Assembly (NCBI GenBank): GCA_025999395.1
Contig: AP024682.1
Span: 367,487-431,486 of the forward strand
DNA length: 64,000 nucleotides
Direction of reading: 5' to 3'
From: Candidatus Parcubacteria bacterium
Lineage (GTDB): Bacteria; Patescibacteriota; Minisyncoccia; UBA6257; JAGOQP01
Shown here: piece by piece, positions 38,266 to 48,606 of the stretch
How positions within the stretch are numbered: the stretch's first letter is position 1
How the letters are laid out: the number at the start of each line of letters is the position of its first letter
The notes under the pieces: model-generated
Database searches by the model: none
The model's input: the letters and a program-made list of their open reading frames with translations, nothing else
What the model was told of the DNA's origin: nothing
Translations under genes and position numbers: made by a program

Positions 38266-39723
38266 TTAAAGAAGTTCGGAAGCTTTCTTAATGGCAGCCT
38301 CGATTCTTGAGAGCGTTTCTTTTTTTCCTAAAACCCACATAATTTCAAATGGTCCGGGAGAGCTTTTTCGTCCGGAAAGGGCAACTCTTAAGGGCCAAAG
38401 CGACTCCCCTCTTCCTAAAGTTTCTGCTAAAGGCATTATTTCTTTTTCTAATTTACTGATTTCAAAATCTTTTTCGTCTATTTTGTTGATAGCGTCATAA
38501 AGATTTTTAAGATTAAGAACCACTTTATTAAGGGACATTCCTTGCCATCTTAAAGTTTCTACTTCCCACTCCCCTATTTCAAAGAAAAATTCGGCTAATT
38601 CTTTAAATTCAGAAAGTTTTTTCATTCGATCTCTTTCTACCACCACTGCTTTTTTCAAAATTTCTTCTTTTTCTAACCACGCAGCGGGAACAAAATTTTT
38701 AATTCTTTCAACTAATGTTTCTAAAGGAAGATTTTTAATATACTGAGCATTAAACCAATCCAACTTTTCTACACTAAAAACTGCTCCACTTTTTTGAATT
38801 CTTTTAAGATTAAAAAGTTTTATCATTTCTTCCAAACTGAGAATTTCCTGATCGTTTTCTGGGTGCCATCCTAGTAGCACCAGAAAGTTTAAAATTGCTT
38901 CAGGAAGATAACCTTCTTTTAGATATTCAACAAAAGATGTTTCCATTTTTCTTTTGGAAAGTTTGCTTCTGTCGGGAGCTAAAATTAGAGGTAAATGAGC
39001 GTATTTGGGAATTTCGAAATTAAGGGCCTTTTGAATGATAATCTGACGAGGAGTGTTGGAAATATGATCTTCTCCTCTGATTACATGAGTAATTTTCATT
39101 AAACTATCATCAATTGCATTCGCTAAAAGAAAAAGAGGGGTTTCTTCATCTTTAGCGATTACAAAATCCCCGATAATCTCTGAGCTAACGGTAATTTTTC
39201 CTCTGATTAAGTCGTTAAATTCGATGGTGGTAGAAGTTGGGGCAATTATTCGAATTACCCCCTTTTGACCGCTTTTTATTTTTTCCTCGACTTCTTTTTG
39301 AGTAAGATGGCGGCACTTTCCACTGTATTTAGGGGCAATACCAGCTGCTAACATTGCTTTTCTTTCCTCCTCTAATTCTTGTGGAGAGCAAAAACACCAA
39401 TAGGCTTTTTTTTCGTCTAAAAGTTTTTTAATGTATTCTCGATAAATTTCTTTTCTCTCGCTTTGACGATAAGGGCCATAAGGGCCTCCAATATCAGGTC
39501 CTTCGTCCCAGCTAATTCCTAAGGTTTTAAGGCCTTCTATGATGTCTTTTTCGTAAATTGGCAGCGATCTCTCGGTATCAGTATCTTCTATTCTAAGGAT
39601 AAATATTCCCTTTTCTTTTTTAGCAAAAAGATAGTTAAAAAGGGCGGTTCTAATAGTCCCTAAATGTAAATAACCAGTCGGAGAAGGAGCGATTCTTACT
39701 CTTGGAGCGGTATTTTCCGTCAT
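38266..39723 (-). CDS. gltX: Glutamate--tRNA ligase
   Basis: RIAPSPTG.LHLG, LRIEDTD, YRQSER, HVIRGEDH, KLSKR. Confidence 0.97.
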   Translation of the reverse strand: MTENTAPRVRIAPSPTGYLHLGTIRTALFNYLFAKKEKGIFILRIEDTDTERSLPIYEKDIIEGLKTLGISWDEGPDIGGPYGPYRQSERKEIYREYIKKLLDEKKAYWCFCSPQELEEERKAMLAAGIAPKYSGKCRHLTQKEVEEKIKSGQKGVIRIIAPTSTTIEFNDLIRGKITVSSEIIGDFVIAKDEETPLFLLANAIDDSLMKITHVIRGEDHISNTPRQIIIQKALNFEIPKYAHLPLILAPDRSKLSKRKMETSFVEYLKEGYLPEAILNFLVLLGWHPENDQEILSLEEMIKLFNLKRIQKSGAVFSVEKLDWFNAQYIKNLPLETLVERIKNFVPAAWLEKEEILKKAVVVERDRMKKLSEFKELAEFFFEIGEWEVETLRWQGMSLNKVVLNLKNLYDAINKIDEKDFEISKLEKEIMPLAETLGRGESLWPLRVALSGRKSSPGPFEIMWVLGKKETLSRIEAAIKKASELL

Positions 39724-39729
39724 TTTTCC

Positions 39730-39738
39730 ATAATATCA
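39730..39738 (-). promoter_or_regulatory. Extended -10 promoter placed for a leaderless gltX mRNA
   Basis: On the - strand: TGTGATATTAT-GGAAAA-ATG. Confidence 0.6.
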
Positions 39739-39774
39739 CAAAAATCGCCTAATTTAAAGAGCTTTGGCTAATTT

Positions 39775-40923
39775 TTAAGCTTTTGTGACTATTTTGGCAA
39801 TTTCTCTGGCAATAATGTTAGCGGCTTGGGGTTTAGCAAAATTGCCTATTTTTTCTACCATTGATTGGTACTTCTCTTTGTTGAAAAGAAGGGAATCTAG
39901 TTGGGAAAAAAAGATTGCTGGTCTTAAATTGTCTTCTTCAATTACAATACAGCCCCCTTCCTGAGCATATTCATAGGCATTATAGTATTGATGGTTATTA
40001 GCTGATTCCTTTAAGGGAATAAGAATTGAGGGCTTTTTAAAATAAGCGATTTCAAAGATAGCATTACTCCCGGCTCGAGAAATAACTACATCAGCTGCAA
40101 TGAAAGCTTCTTTTAGGTTTTCTTTAAAGAAATCTATAATTTTGTAGCGGTTTCTTTCTTGAGGAATAAAATCTTTGGTTGCTATCGCTAATTCTGCTTT
40201 AAAACTATTAAAATTGGCAATACCTGTTTGATGAAGAACTTGGCAACGCGAAACCAACTGCTTAACATTATCTAACATAAAATCATTAATTCTTACTGAA
40301 CCCTGTGAACCACCTAAAATTAAAACTAAAGGAAAATCAGGATCAAAACCAAAAATTTGTTTAGCTTTGGCTTGGGTTAACTCCTCATCTTTTTCTAAAA
40401 GAAAAGGGCGAAGCGGGTTTCCTACTAAAGCTGTCTTTTTTTCATCAAAAAACTCTAAAGTTTTACTGAAAGCAACAGCAATTCTTTTAGCAAAATTAGC
40501 AGAAAGAGCATTAGTTGTTCCCGGAATAGAATCTGATTCGTGAATGAAGATGGGAATTTTAAAAAAATAAGCCGCTAAAACTACCGGAAAAGCACCCGTC
40601 CCCCCCTTGGAAAAAAGTAAATCTGGCATCTTCCAAAACATTTTCCAGAAAGCTACCATTAAGGCAAAAGGAAATTTGATAATGTCTAGAAAATTTTCTA
40701 AAGAAAAATAGCGTCTTATTTTTACTTCGACTATTTTTACAATTTCAATATTTAGTTTTTTAAATTCGGGAGCAAAAAATCCGGGATTGCCAAAGTAATA
40801 CATTTTTAAATCAAACTCTGGCAAATTAGTAAATACTTTTTGTAACTCTTGAGCAACCGCTAAGATTGGATTAATGTGCCCTCCCGTTCCCCCTCCTGTA
40901 AAAGCAATTCTAATCTTTTTCAT
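39775..40923 (-). CDS. murG: MurG glycosyltransferase
   Basis: TGGGTGGH..P, HESD..PG..N, GNP.R, GGSQGS, SRAG, HQ..NA. Confidence 0.95.
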   Translation of the reverse strand: MKKIRIAFTGGGTGGHINPILAVAQELQKVFTNLPEFDLKMYYFGNPGFFAPEFKKLNIEIVKIVEVKIRRYFSLENFLDIIKFPFALMVAFWKMFWKMPDLLFSKGGTGAFPVVLAAYFFKIPIFIHESDSIPGTTNALSANFAKRIAVAFSKTLEFFDEKKTALVGNPLRPFLLEKDEELTQAKAKQIFGFDPDFPLVLILGGSQGSVRINDFMLDNVKQLVSRCQVLHQTGIANFNSFKAELAIATKDFIPQERNRYKIIDFFKENLKEAFIAADVVISRAGSNAIFEIAYFKKPSILIPLKESANNHQYYNAYEYAQEGGCIVIEEDNLRPAIFFSQLDSLLFNKEKYQSMVEKIGNFAKPQAANIIAREIAKIVTKA

Positions 40924-40978
40924 AAGAAAAATATTAAGGCTATCAAGAATAGATTTTTGAAATTATTTTAACATATTT

Positions 40979-42136
40979 TTAAGTAGAAGAATAACGGGAA
41001 ATATTAGCGATAATCCCTATCATTGTGAGAGTAACCGCAAAAGAAGTTCCTCCGTAACTTATTAAGGGCAACGGCACTCCGGTAAAAGGAAGCACTCCAG
41101 AATTAGCTCCTATATGAATTATTGCTTGAAGAGATATAACTGAAAGAAATCCCAAAAGGCAAAGTTTAGCAAAATCATCATGAGTTTTTTTCATTAATTT
41201 TGTTCCTCTCCAAAAAATAATCATATAAGACGAAATCACTGCTAGACTTCCTATAAATCCAAATTCTTCAGCAATTACTGCGAAAATAGAATCTCCCATT
41301 GGCTCTGGCAAGACACTATATTTACTGGTAGATTTTCCAAAACCTACTCCTTTTAAGCCACCAGCGCTAATAGAAGAAAGAGCCTGCTCTAAATGAAATT
41401 TGTCGACCTTTTCAATATTATCTTTTAAGATTAGAGAGGGAAAAAATTTTTCGGCTAAGATATTCCAATAGGGAGCAATCCGATAAAGTCGATAAGGGGT
41501 TATTAAGGCTAAAAGAGCAATTGCAGTTAAGCCCAAAAGAAAAGTTAGAGTAATTTGTTTCCAAGAAGCGCCGCTAAAAAGATAAATTATTGCTCCGGCC
41601 GAAAGGATAATAACGGCAGTGGTAGTGGCTGGTTGAAGAAAAATTAATCCTCCCACAACGGCAGAAACAAAAAAGAAAATCCAATAAACCTTCCAACTTT
41701 TTTTTAGATCTCTTAGTTGATTACTTGAAAGAAGTCCGGCCAAATAAAGAATAAAGGTTATTTTTAAAAACTCTGAGGGTTGAAAAGAAATAAATCCTAA
41801 ATCAATCCATCGGGCTGAGCCGTGAGATTTAAAGCCCAAAGGAGTAAAAACCAAAAAGAGAGCTAATAAATTAGCAGCAAAGAGAAACGGGGAAATTTTT
41901 TTTAGATAGCGGTAGTAAATAAAGTAAGCAAATATAAAACCCACTAAACCCGGTAAAAAACCCTTAAAAAATTGATTCTTAACAAAAAAAAGAGCATCAT
42001 TATATTTTATTTTAGCTAAATCTGAAGAAGCTGAAGAAAGAAAAAAGAATCCAGCAATGATTAAAAAAAGAGTTACCCCCAAAAAGATATAATCAGGTTT
42101 ATGTCTTGAGGATAAGACTATTTTTTTAAAAATCAT
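40979..42136 (-). CDS. ftsW: SEDS peptidoglycan polymerase FtsW
   Basis: GSARW, QPSEF.K, LQP, LPE...D.IFAVI.EE.G, TGVPLPLISYGG; upstream of murG. Confidence 0.9.
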   Translation of the reverse strand: MIFKKIVLSSRHKPDYIFLGVTLFLIIAGFFFLSSASSDLAKIKYNDALFFVKNQFFKGFLPGLVGFIFAYFIYYRYLKKISPFLFAANLLALFLVFTPLGFKSHGSARWIDLGFISFQPSEFLKITFILYLAGLLSSNQLRDLKKSWKVYWIFFFVSAVVGGLIFLQPATTTAVIILSAGAIIYLFSGASWKQITLTFLLGLTAIALLALITPYRLYRIAPYWNILAEKFFPSLILKDNIEKVDKFHLEQALSSISAGGLKGVGFGKSTSKYSVLPEPMGDSIFAVIAEEFGFIGSLAVISSYMIIFWRGTKLMKKTHDDFAKLCLLGFLSVISLQAIIHIGANSGVLPFTGVPLPLISYGGTSFAVTLTMIGIIANISRYSST

Positions 42137-42173
42137 TTTTCAATGAAAAGCTAATACTTTTGCTTTTTGATTA

Positions 42174-43691
42174 TTAAGGTCGATGTCTTAAAACCTCTCC
42201 CCCGCCTTTAAAATTGGGATTTAACTCTCCTTCATCAACCGCTATTTGACCGTTAACAAAAACGGTTTTAATTTCAAAATCTTTATTAAAAATTACTAAA
42301 TCGGCAAAATACCCATCACTAATCATTCCCCTTTTTTCTAACTTTAAGATTTTTGCTGGGAGTCCAGAGATTTTATAAATTGCTTTTTCTATACTTAATC
42401 CTAAACTAGATGTTTTTTTCAAGAAGGCAGGAAAGCTTTTGAAAGCTCTTTCTGGTTTAAAGGTTAGCGGTAAGTCATCAAAATTAGGACTGTTAGAAGA
42501 AATTAAAGAGCGAGAAGAAAGAAGTGATTTTTCTATTTCGGAGTCATTTAAATTTCTATAAAGAATAACCGCTCTTAAGCGAGTCTCTTTCATTAAACTT
42601 AAAAGAACCTCCTTTTCTTCTTTTAAGTTTCTATTTGAAGCAAATTCTTTTAGTGTTTTACCATTAAGTTTTTCTAATCCCGGAGCGTTAAGAATAACAA
42701 CTTCTTCTAGTTTTAAAGAAGGAAGCAGCTTTTTAACTTCTTTAGCAATTTTGGAATCATCAAGTTTTTCTAAAATTAATTCTCGATCGGCATTTTTGAT
42801 GGATTCCGGAATAAAGTTATCTATGGGAACAGCGCTTAAATCAAAAGGATTAACATCAAAATAGACTTCTACTTGATTGCTTTTTTCCTCAATTAAACTT
42901 AAGGCTTGATTAAAATTTTCTTCAAATCCCAAAAACGGCCTTAAGTGACTAATAACCGTTACTATTCCTATTTCTTGAGCTAATCGAAGAATTTCCTTAA
43001 CTGAATCAATGATAAATCTTTTTTCATCTTTTAAATGGACGGTGAAAATTCCTTTTAATTGTTTAACAATGTCTAACAAAGCTCTTAATTCGTAATAAGA
43101 GATATTTTGGTAAGGGTAATAACCTAACCCCGCCGACATTCCAAAAGCTCCTTCTTTTAAAGACTGGGAAAGGATAAAACGAAAAACGCGAATTTCGTTG
43201 GCAGTTAAATCTCTGAAAGTTTGAGGGTTTTTCATAATATCTTCCCGAATTACCCGGTGTCCCACTAAAGTTGCTAGATTTGGGCCAATTTTTCCCTGTT
43301 TTTCTAAGGAATTAAGAAATTCCCCCACCCCCTTCCAATCAAGGTTGATATGATTAGTTTTTGACCAGCTCCAAAGATGATTGAGTGATCCGTAAAGATT
43401 AGGAGCTAAAGAAAATCCGCAATGACCAATAAGAATAGTAGTCACTCCTTGTTTAAGAAAATCCTTGCAAAGAGGCGAAGAAAAAAGAGTTAAGTATCTA
43501 TCAGAAGTGTTATTAAAATCAATAAAGCCCGGAGCTAAATAAGATTCGTTTCCTAAAATAACTTTATCTGCCTTATAAGAAGGAAAACTCCCAATGGCAA
43601 TAATTTTTTTATCTCTAACTAAAACATCAGCCTTGTGGGAACTGCGACCACTTCCATCTATCAAAATAACATTTTTGATTAAAGTGGTCAT
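42174..43691 (-). CDS. N-acyl-D-amino-acid deacylase-like amidohydrolase, degenerate active site
   Basis: IDGSG...ADV, PGFID, QGVTT...G.CG.S, GAFGMS.GL.Y, RG.I..G.FADLVIF; HxH replaced by NNT. Confidence 0.8.
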   Translation of the reverse strand: MTTLIKNVILIDGSGRSSHKADVLVRDKKIIAIGSFPSYKADKVILGNESYLAPGFIDFNNTSDRYLTLFSSPLCKDFLKQGVTTILIGHCGFSLAPNLYGSLNHLWSWSKTNHINLDWKGVGEFLNSLEKQGKIGPNLATLVGHRVIREDIMKNPQTFRDLTANEIRVFRFILSQSLKEGAFGMSAGLGYYPYQNISYYELRALLDIVKQLKGIFTVHLKDEKRFIIDSVKEILRLAQEIGIVTVISHLRPFLGFEENFNQALSLIEEKSNQVEVYFDVNPFDLSAVPIDNFIPESIKNADRELILEKLDDSKIAKEVKKLLPSLKLEEVVILNAPGLEKLNGKTLKEFASNRNLKEEKEVLLSLMKETRLRAVILYRNLNDSEIEKSLLSSRSLISSNSPNFDDLPLTFKPERAFKSFPAFLKKTSSLGLSIEKAIYKISGLPAKILKLEKRGMISDGYFADLVIFNKDFEIKTVFVNGQIAVDEGELNPNFKGGGEVLRHRP

Positions 43692-43698
43692 AGGGGGT

Positions 43699-44748
43699 TT
43701 AATTTAAAATCATTCTAGAGAGGAAAAAGAGAACTAATCCTAAACCATTAGAAACCGCCGTAATTATCCAAAATCTCATTGTAACACGAGATTCATGCCA
43801 ACCCAAAGCTTCGAAATGATGATGAATAGGAGTAGAAAGGAAAATTTTTCTTTTAAAAAGTTTTTTGGAGATTGTTTGAATAATTACTGATAGTGACTCA
43901 ATAACTAAGATTGGAGCAAATAAAGGCAAGAAAAGAATAGTGTTAGTTAATAAAGAAATGGTTCCCAAAGTAATTCCTAAAGCCATCGAGCCGGTATCTC
44001 CCATAAAAAATTTTGCTGGATAAATATTAAACCACAAAAAAGCCAAAAGCGCTCCTGCTAGTGTTGCAGAGAAAGCTCCTAATTCGTATCTTCCTAAAGC
44101 AAAGGCTACTACCGTTAAAGAACCAAAGGAAAAAAGTGAAACTCCTGCCAGAAGGCCATCTAAACCATCGGTTTCATTTGCAGAAAAAGCCGAAGCGAAA
44201 ATAATAAAGATAAAAAGAGGAATATACCAGCCATCTATCTCAATGTTGCCTACAAAAGGAATGTGAAGTACTGTCCAGTTAAGCTTAAAATAAAACCAAT
44301 AAGCGCCCAACAAAGAAATTAAGAAATAAAGAAGAAGCTTTCTTTTAATAGACATTCCTCCTCCGTTAGGACCTTTTTTAAAAACTCCAAATAAGTCATC
44401 AATAAGCCCTAAAATAGCTGCTATTAACATCGCCGCCAAAGGTAAGTAGGTTTGGGCTCTATCTACAAAATTAAAATATCTCCAAAAACCATCAAAAATT
44501 TTATCTAAAAGGAGAAAAAGAAAGGCCAACCCAATAACTGTTCCCCAAATAATTACTCCTCCCATAGTGGGAGTTCCTTCTTTGTTTTTGTGCAAAGATG
44601 AAAAAATTGGAGTTTCAGGACTTTGTCTTATTTGTTTTCCTATTTTGTAACGGTAAAGAATTTTAATCACTACTGGCGTTAAAGCTAAAGCAGTAAAGAA
44701 AGAAATTCCCATTAAAATTAGAATTCTAACAACTTGAGAGGTAAGCAT
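43699..44748 (-). CDS. mraY: Phospho-MurNAc-pentapeptide transferase
   Basis: K.GTPTMGG, DD, N.TDGLDGL, FMGDTGS, PIHHHFE..GW.E. Confidence 0.96.
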   Translation of the reverse strand: MLTSQVVRILILMGISFFTALALTPVVIKILYRYKIGKQIRQSPETPIFSSLHKNKEGTPTMGGVIIWGTVIGLAFLFLLLDKIFDGFWRYFNFVDRAQTYLPLAAMLIAAILGLIDDLFGVFKKGPNGGGMSIKRKLLLYFLISLLGAYWFYFKLNWTVLHIPFVGNIEIDGWYIPLFIFIIFASAFSANETDGLDGLLAGVSLFSFGSLTVVAFALGRYELGAFSATLAGALLAFLWFNIYPAKFFMGDTGSMALGITLGTISLLTNTILFLPLFAPILVIESLSVIIQTISKKLFKRKIFLSTPIHHHFEALGWHESRVTMRFWIITAVSNGLGLVLFFLSRMILN

Positions 44749-44764
44749 AAGTCTTTAAATTAAG

Positions 44765-45865
44765 TTAATTATTTTGTTGTTCAAGACACTTAAGCAACTT
44801 TTCTACATCACTAAAACGATTGCGGCTCGCCAAAACTCCTATAAAAAAGGTTCCTTGATTCTTCTTAAATAATGTTACCAAATTTTCACCCGAAGCATCA
44901 ATAAAGCCAGTTTTCCCTCCAAAAAAGTTTGGTTGACCGGCAAAAAGATTAATATTGGAAAAAGTTTTTATTTTACCACTCCCCTCTTCTCTTAAAGAAA
45001 CACTTTTCTTTCGACTAATATCCAAAATAAGTGGATTGTTATGATAAATGTAATTTATTAAAAGATAAATATCTTCTAAAGTTGATTGGTTCAGATAAGA
45101 AAGTCCCGTTGGTTCATCAAAGGAAGTATTTTTCATTCCCAATTCCTTAGCTTTTTGATTCATTTTTAAAATAAAATCATTGTAGCCAAATCCTTCTGCC
45201 AAAGAATAAGCCGCTTCATTACTAGAAAAAACTAAAGCAGCTTTAATTAGACTTTCTACAGAGTATTTCTCTTTTTCCAATAAGATGTGACTATTATAAG
45301 CCTTTTGAAAGGCTTGAGGACTAATTTCTAAAACACTTGAAAGATTCATGTTCTCTAAAGCAACTAAGGCGGTCATTAGTTTAGTAATAGAAGCAATTGG
45401 CCAGCGATAGTTAGAGCGGTTTTCAAAAATTGTTTTATTGTTTTCTATATTTTTAACCAAAAAGAATTCTGTTTCTAAAGAAGAACAATTTTGTTTAGAA
45501 TCTTTTTCTTTAGCCAGAGAAGATTCTTCAACTAAAGTCGTTTCCGAAATTTTCCTGTTTTCCGAAATTTTAGAGTAAGATAAATTTTGGCTTTCGCTGC
45601 TATTGGCGTTGCGAAGCAGCAGAGTTTTTTCTTGGCTTTGAGGGATTTCTTTTTGAGAAGGTTGAGGGGGTAAATTAGAATTAGTTTCCTGATTTTTTGA
45701 AAGAATATCTGAATCATCTGCTTTTTCTCTTAAAACAACAAAAGCTGCTGTTTGATTTTTTTCAGAAAAGAATTGATTTCTCGAGAAAACATTCGTCTTG
45801 GAAGAAAGAGACAAGGAAATAAAGATTATAAAGATAAGAATTAAAGCTTGAAACTTTACGCTCAT
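44765..45865 (-). CDS. D-alanyl-D-alanine carboxypeptidase (peptidase S11)
   Basis: SxxK (ASITK), SSN, KTG; signal anchor and low-complexity linker. Confidence 0.9.
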   Translation of the reverse strand: MSVKFQALILIFIIFISLSLSSKTNVFSRNQFFSEKNQTAAFVVLREKADDSDILSKNQETNSNLPPQPSQKEIPQSQEKTLLLRNANSSESQNLSYSKISENRKISETTLVEESSLAKEKDSKQNCSSLETEFFLVKNIENNKTIFENRSNYRWPIASITKLMTALVALENMNLSSVLEISPQAFQKAYNSHILLEKEKYSVESLIKAALVFSSNEAAYSLAEGFGYNDFILKMNQKAKELGMKNTSFDEPTGLSYLNQSTLEDIYLLINYIYHNNPLILDISRKKSVSLREEGSGKIKTFSNINLFAGQPNFFGGKTGFIDASGENLVTLFKKNQGTFFIGVLASRNRFSDVEKLLKCLEQQNN

Positions 45866-45879
45866 TTTCTAAATAAAGT

Positions 45880-46464
45880 TTAATTTTTATTTTCTCTTTG
45901 GTTTTCTTCCTGAAAAAGGCTGTTTTTAATCTCTGAAAATTTCTGAAAGTTAGGAAGTTCTTCTATTTTACTTAAACCTAAATATTTCAGTAATTCAAAA
46001 CTTGGTTGATAAAGATAGAAGTTTCCTTTTGTTTTTCTTTCAATTAATCCTCGGATAAGTAAATTTCTTAAGGTAAAACTGGAGTTTACTCCTCGAATAT
46101 AGTCAATTTGAGCTCGGGAAATTGGTCCAAAATAAGCAATTATAGAAAGAGTTTCTAAAGCAGCGGGAGTTAATTCTTCTTTCAAATTTTCTTTTACAAA
46201 GGCTTCAAGAAGCGGAGCAAATTGTGGTTTAGTTACTAAAGCGTAAGTTTCTTCTTTTTCCACCAGCATTATTCCTCTTTTTTCTTGTTTTGTTTCTTCT
46301 GCTAATTGATTGAGAGCCTCTTTTATTTCCTGCAAAGAAACTCCAAAAATTTTACATAACTTTTCTTTTTCAATAGGTTCTCCGTAAAGAAAAAGAAAAG
46401 CTTCTAAAGCAGCTAAAAGGTTGTTATTTGAGGAAAAATTATAAAGTTGATTATTCTCGCTCAT
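45880..46464 (-). CDS. scpB: SMC-Scp complex subunit ScpB
   Basis: LEA.LF..GEP, AALETLSIIAY..P.SR..I..IRGVNS. Confidence 0.95.
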   Translation of the reverse strand: MSENNQLYNFSSNNNLLAALEAFLFLYGEPIEKEKLCKIFGVSLQEIKEALNQLAEETKQEKRGIMLVEKEETYALVTKPQFAPLLEAFVKENLKEELTPAALETLSIIAYFGPISRAQIDYIRGVNSSFTLRNLLIRGLIERKTKGNFYLYQPSFELLKYLGLSKIEELPNFQKFSEIKNSLFQEENQRENKN

Positions 46465-47231
46465 ATTTTTCTTTCTTCTCTTTTACTGTTAGATAATTGC
46501 TCTATTTCTATTTCTCCAAAAGTAATTTTCTGGCTGACCTTAAGAATCTGATCTCTTAATAAGTGAAGCAAAGCCAGAAACATAACGATTATTTCTTCTT
46601 TTGGCTTTTGAGTTATCATTTGAGAAAAGTGAGAAATTCCTTGAGATATTTTTTTAAAAATTTCTTTGATTTTGTCTTCCAAGCTAAAAAGCTGTCTTTC
46701 TATTTTTTCTGTTTCAATAAAAAAAGAGTGTAAAGAATCTAATATTGAATTAAGACTAAAGGCTAAAGTTTCTGGAGAAATATTTTTGGAGGGATAAAAA
46801 ACAGGGTTTACCGACAAAAGCATTTCTCGAGAAAAAGATTGTTCTTGTTTATTCCATTGTTGTTTCATATTTAAGAAAATGGGGCGAATTTTTTGATAAA
46901 TTTCTAATCTCTTTTCTAGATCTTGAATGCTTTGCTCTTCTTCTTGGGATAGCTCTAAATTGGGAATTAGCGCTTTTGATTTAATCAGAATTAACTGAGC
47001 CGCTACCACTAAAAAATCAGCCAGGATTTTCGGACTTACTTGACTTTTTGTTTGATTATTTTCGTCTGATTCTTTTGGGCCTTGCTGAGAAAGAGAACGA
47101 ACATAATTTAAAAAATCTGCTGTTACTTCTGCTAAGCTAATTCTTGTTATATCTAACTTTTTAGACTCAATCAATTCCAGCAGTTTTTCTAAAGGCCCAG
47201 AAAATTCAGCTGATTTCACTTCAAAATCCAT
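46461..47231 (-). CDS. scpA: Segregation/condensation protein ScpA
   Basis: F.GPL..LL.LI, FLVVAA.L..IKS..L.P, FLALL.L, Q...FGEI. Confidence 0.95.
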   Translation of the reverse strand: MDFEVKSAEFSGPLEKLLELIESKKLDITRISLAEVTADFLNYVRSLSQQGPKESDENNQTKSQVSPKILADFLVVAAQLILIKSKALIPNLELSQEEEQSIQDLEKRLEIYQKIRPIFLNMKQQWNKQEQSFSREMLLSVNPVFYPSKNISPETLAFSLNSILDSLHSFFIETEKIERQLFSLEDKIKEIFKKISQGISHFSQMITQKPKEEIIVMFLALLHLLRDQILKVSQKITFGEIEIEQLSNSKREERKI

Positions 47232-47240
47232 ACTTTCTCA

Positions 47241-47269
47241 ATTATACTGGAGAAAAACACCTCTTTCAA
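47241..47269 (-). promoter_or_regulatory. Sigma70 promoter for scpAB
   Basis: TTGAAA-N17-TATAAT, ending 9 nt before the ATG. Confidence 0.65.
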
Positions 47270-47362
47270 TGAATAGAAAAGAATTTATTTCTGCTTTGAA
47301 ATTAGGATTTTTACAATTAGATAAATTTAATTTATACTTATTTTAGATTTAATTTTTGTTTA

Positions 47363-48475
47363 ATGTTGGCTATTTATCGTAAATATCGCCCTAAAAATCT
47401 TTCGGAGATTTTTGGGCAAGAAGAGACAATAAAAATCCTTCAAAGCTCAGCTGCCGAAGGAAAAATTTCTCATGCTTACCTTTTTTACGGACCGCGCGGA
47501 ACTGGAAAGACAACAACCGCTCGAATATTTTCCAAGGTAGTCAACTGCCAAAAAAGACAAGAAGATTCTTCTTTTTTTAAAAAAGGAGAACCTTGTAATC
47601 AATGTTTAGTTTGTCATCAAATCGACGATGGCCAAGCACTAGATATTATTGAGATTGACGCAGCTTCTAACAGAGGCATCGATGAAATTCGAGATTTGAA
47701 GGAAAAGGTAAAAACTTTACCAGTTTACTATAAATATAAGGTTTTTATCATCGATGAGGTTCATATGCTTACCCCTCAGGCTTTTAATGCTCTTTTAAAA
47801 ACTTTAGAAGAGCCGCCTTCTTATGTGATTTTTATTCTTGCTACTACTGAATACGAAAAACTGCCGGCCACTATTGTTTCCCGCACTCAAAGGTTTTATT
47901 TTCGTAAATTAACCCTACAAGAAATAACTAAAAAACTTGAGTTAATCAGTGAAAAAGAAAAAATTAGTTTTGAAAAAGAGGCTTTAGAAATGATTGCTTA
48001 TTTAGCTGATGGCAGTTTGAGAGATGCTGAATCTCTCTTGGATCAAATTATTTCTCTAAAAGGAAAAAAAGTTACTGTAGATTATGTTGAAACTATTTTA
48101 GGAAAGGTAGGTTTTATGAAGGTAATTAAAATGGCGGAATTTATCCTAAAAAAAGATTTAAAAGAAGCCTTAAATTTTCTTTATGAGATTAATAACGAAG
48201 GTCATAATCTTTTTCAATTTAACAAAGATTTAACAGAATATTTGAGAAGAATTCTTTCTCTTTCTCTTAATCCTCAGTTAGAAAAAATTTTCGAAAAAGA
48301 AATTTCTCAAAGTCAGCTTAAAGAAATAAAAAAACAATCAACTAAAATAGATACCTCTTACCTTATTAAAGTTATAAAATCGTTAATCGAAGCTTATAGC
48401 CAAATGAGATATAACCCCTTCCCCATTGTTCCTTTTGAGGTGGCCCTTATTGAAAATTTGAGGGAAAAGGAGTAA
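47363..48475 (+). CDS. dnaX: DNA polymerase III gamma/tau subunit, short form
   Basis: YRKYRP, HAYLF.GPRGTGKTT, EIDAASNRG, DEVHML, SRTQ, GSLRDA. Confidence 0.96.
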   Translation: MLAIYRKYRPKNLSEIFGQEETIKILQSSAAEGKISHAYLFYGPRGTGKTTTARIFSKVVNCQKRQEDSSFFKKGEPCNQCLVCHQIDDGQALDIIEIDAASNRGIDEIRDLKEKVKTLPVYYKYKVFIIDEVHMLTPQAFNALLKTLEEPPSYVIFILATTEYEKLPATIVSRTQRFYFRKLTLQEITKKLELISEKEKISFEKEALEMIAYLADGSLRDAESLLDQIISLKGKKVTVDYVETILGKVGFMKVIKMAEFILKKDLKEALNFLYEINNEGHNLFQFNKDLTEYLRRILSLSLNPQLEKIFEKEISQSQLKEIKKQSTKIDTSYLIKVIKSLIEAYSQMRYNPFPIVPFEVALIENLREKE

Positions 48476-48500
48476 CTTATTTAGAGAATTTTAGAAGATT

Positions 48501-48571
48501 TGGGGGATCGTCTAACGGTAGGACAGCGGCCTTTGGAGCCGTTAATCCAGGTTCGAATCCTGGTCCCCCAG
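48501..48571 (+). tRNA. tRNA-Gln(TTG), CCA not encoded
   Basis: Acceptor TGGGGGA/TCCCCCA, anticodon arm GCGGC-CTTTGGA-GCCGT, T arm CCAGG-TTCGAAT-CCTGG. Confidence 0.95.
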
Positions 48572-48606
48572 CTAATAACGTTTTTATTTAAGAACTCGTT
48601 TTCTCT

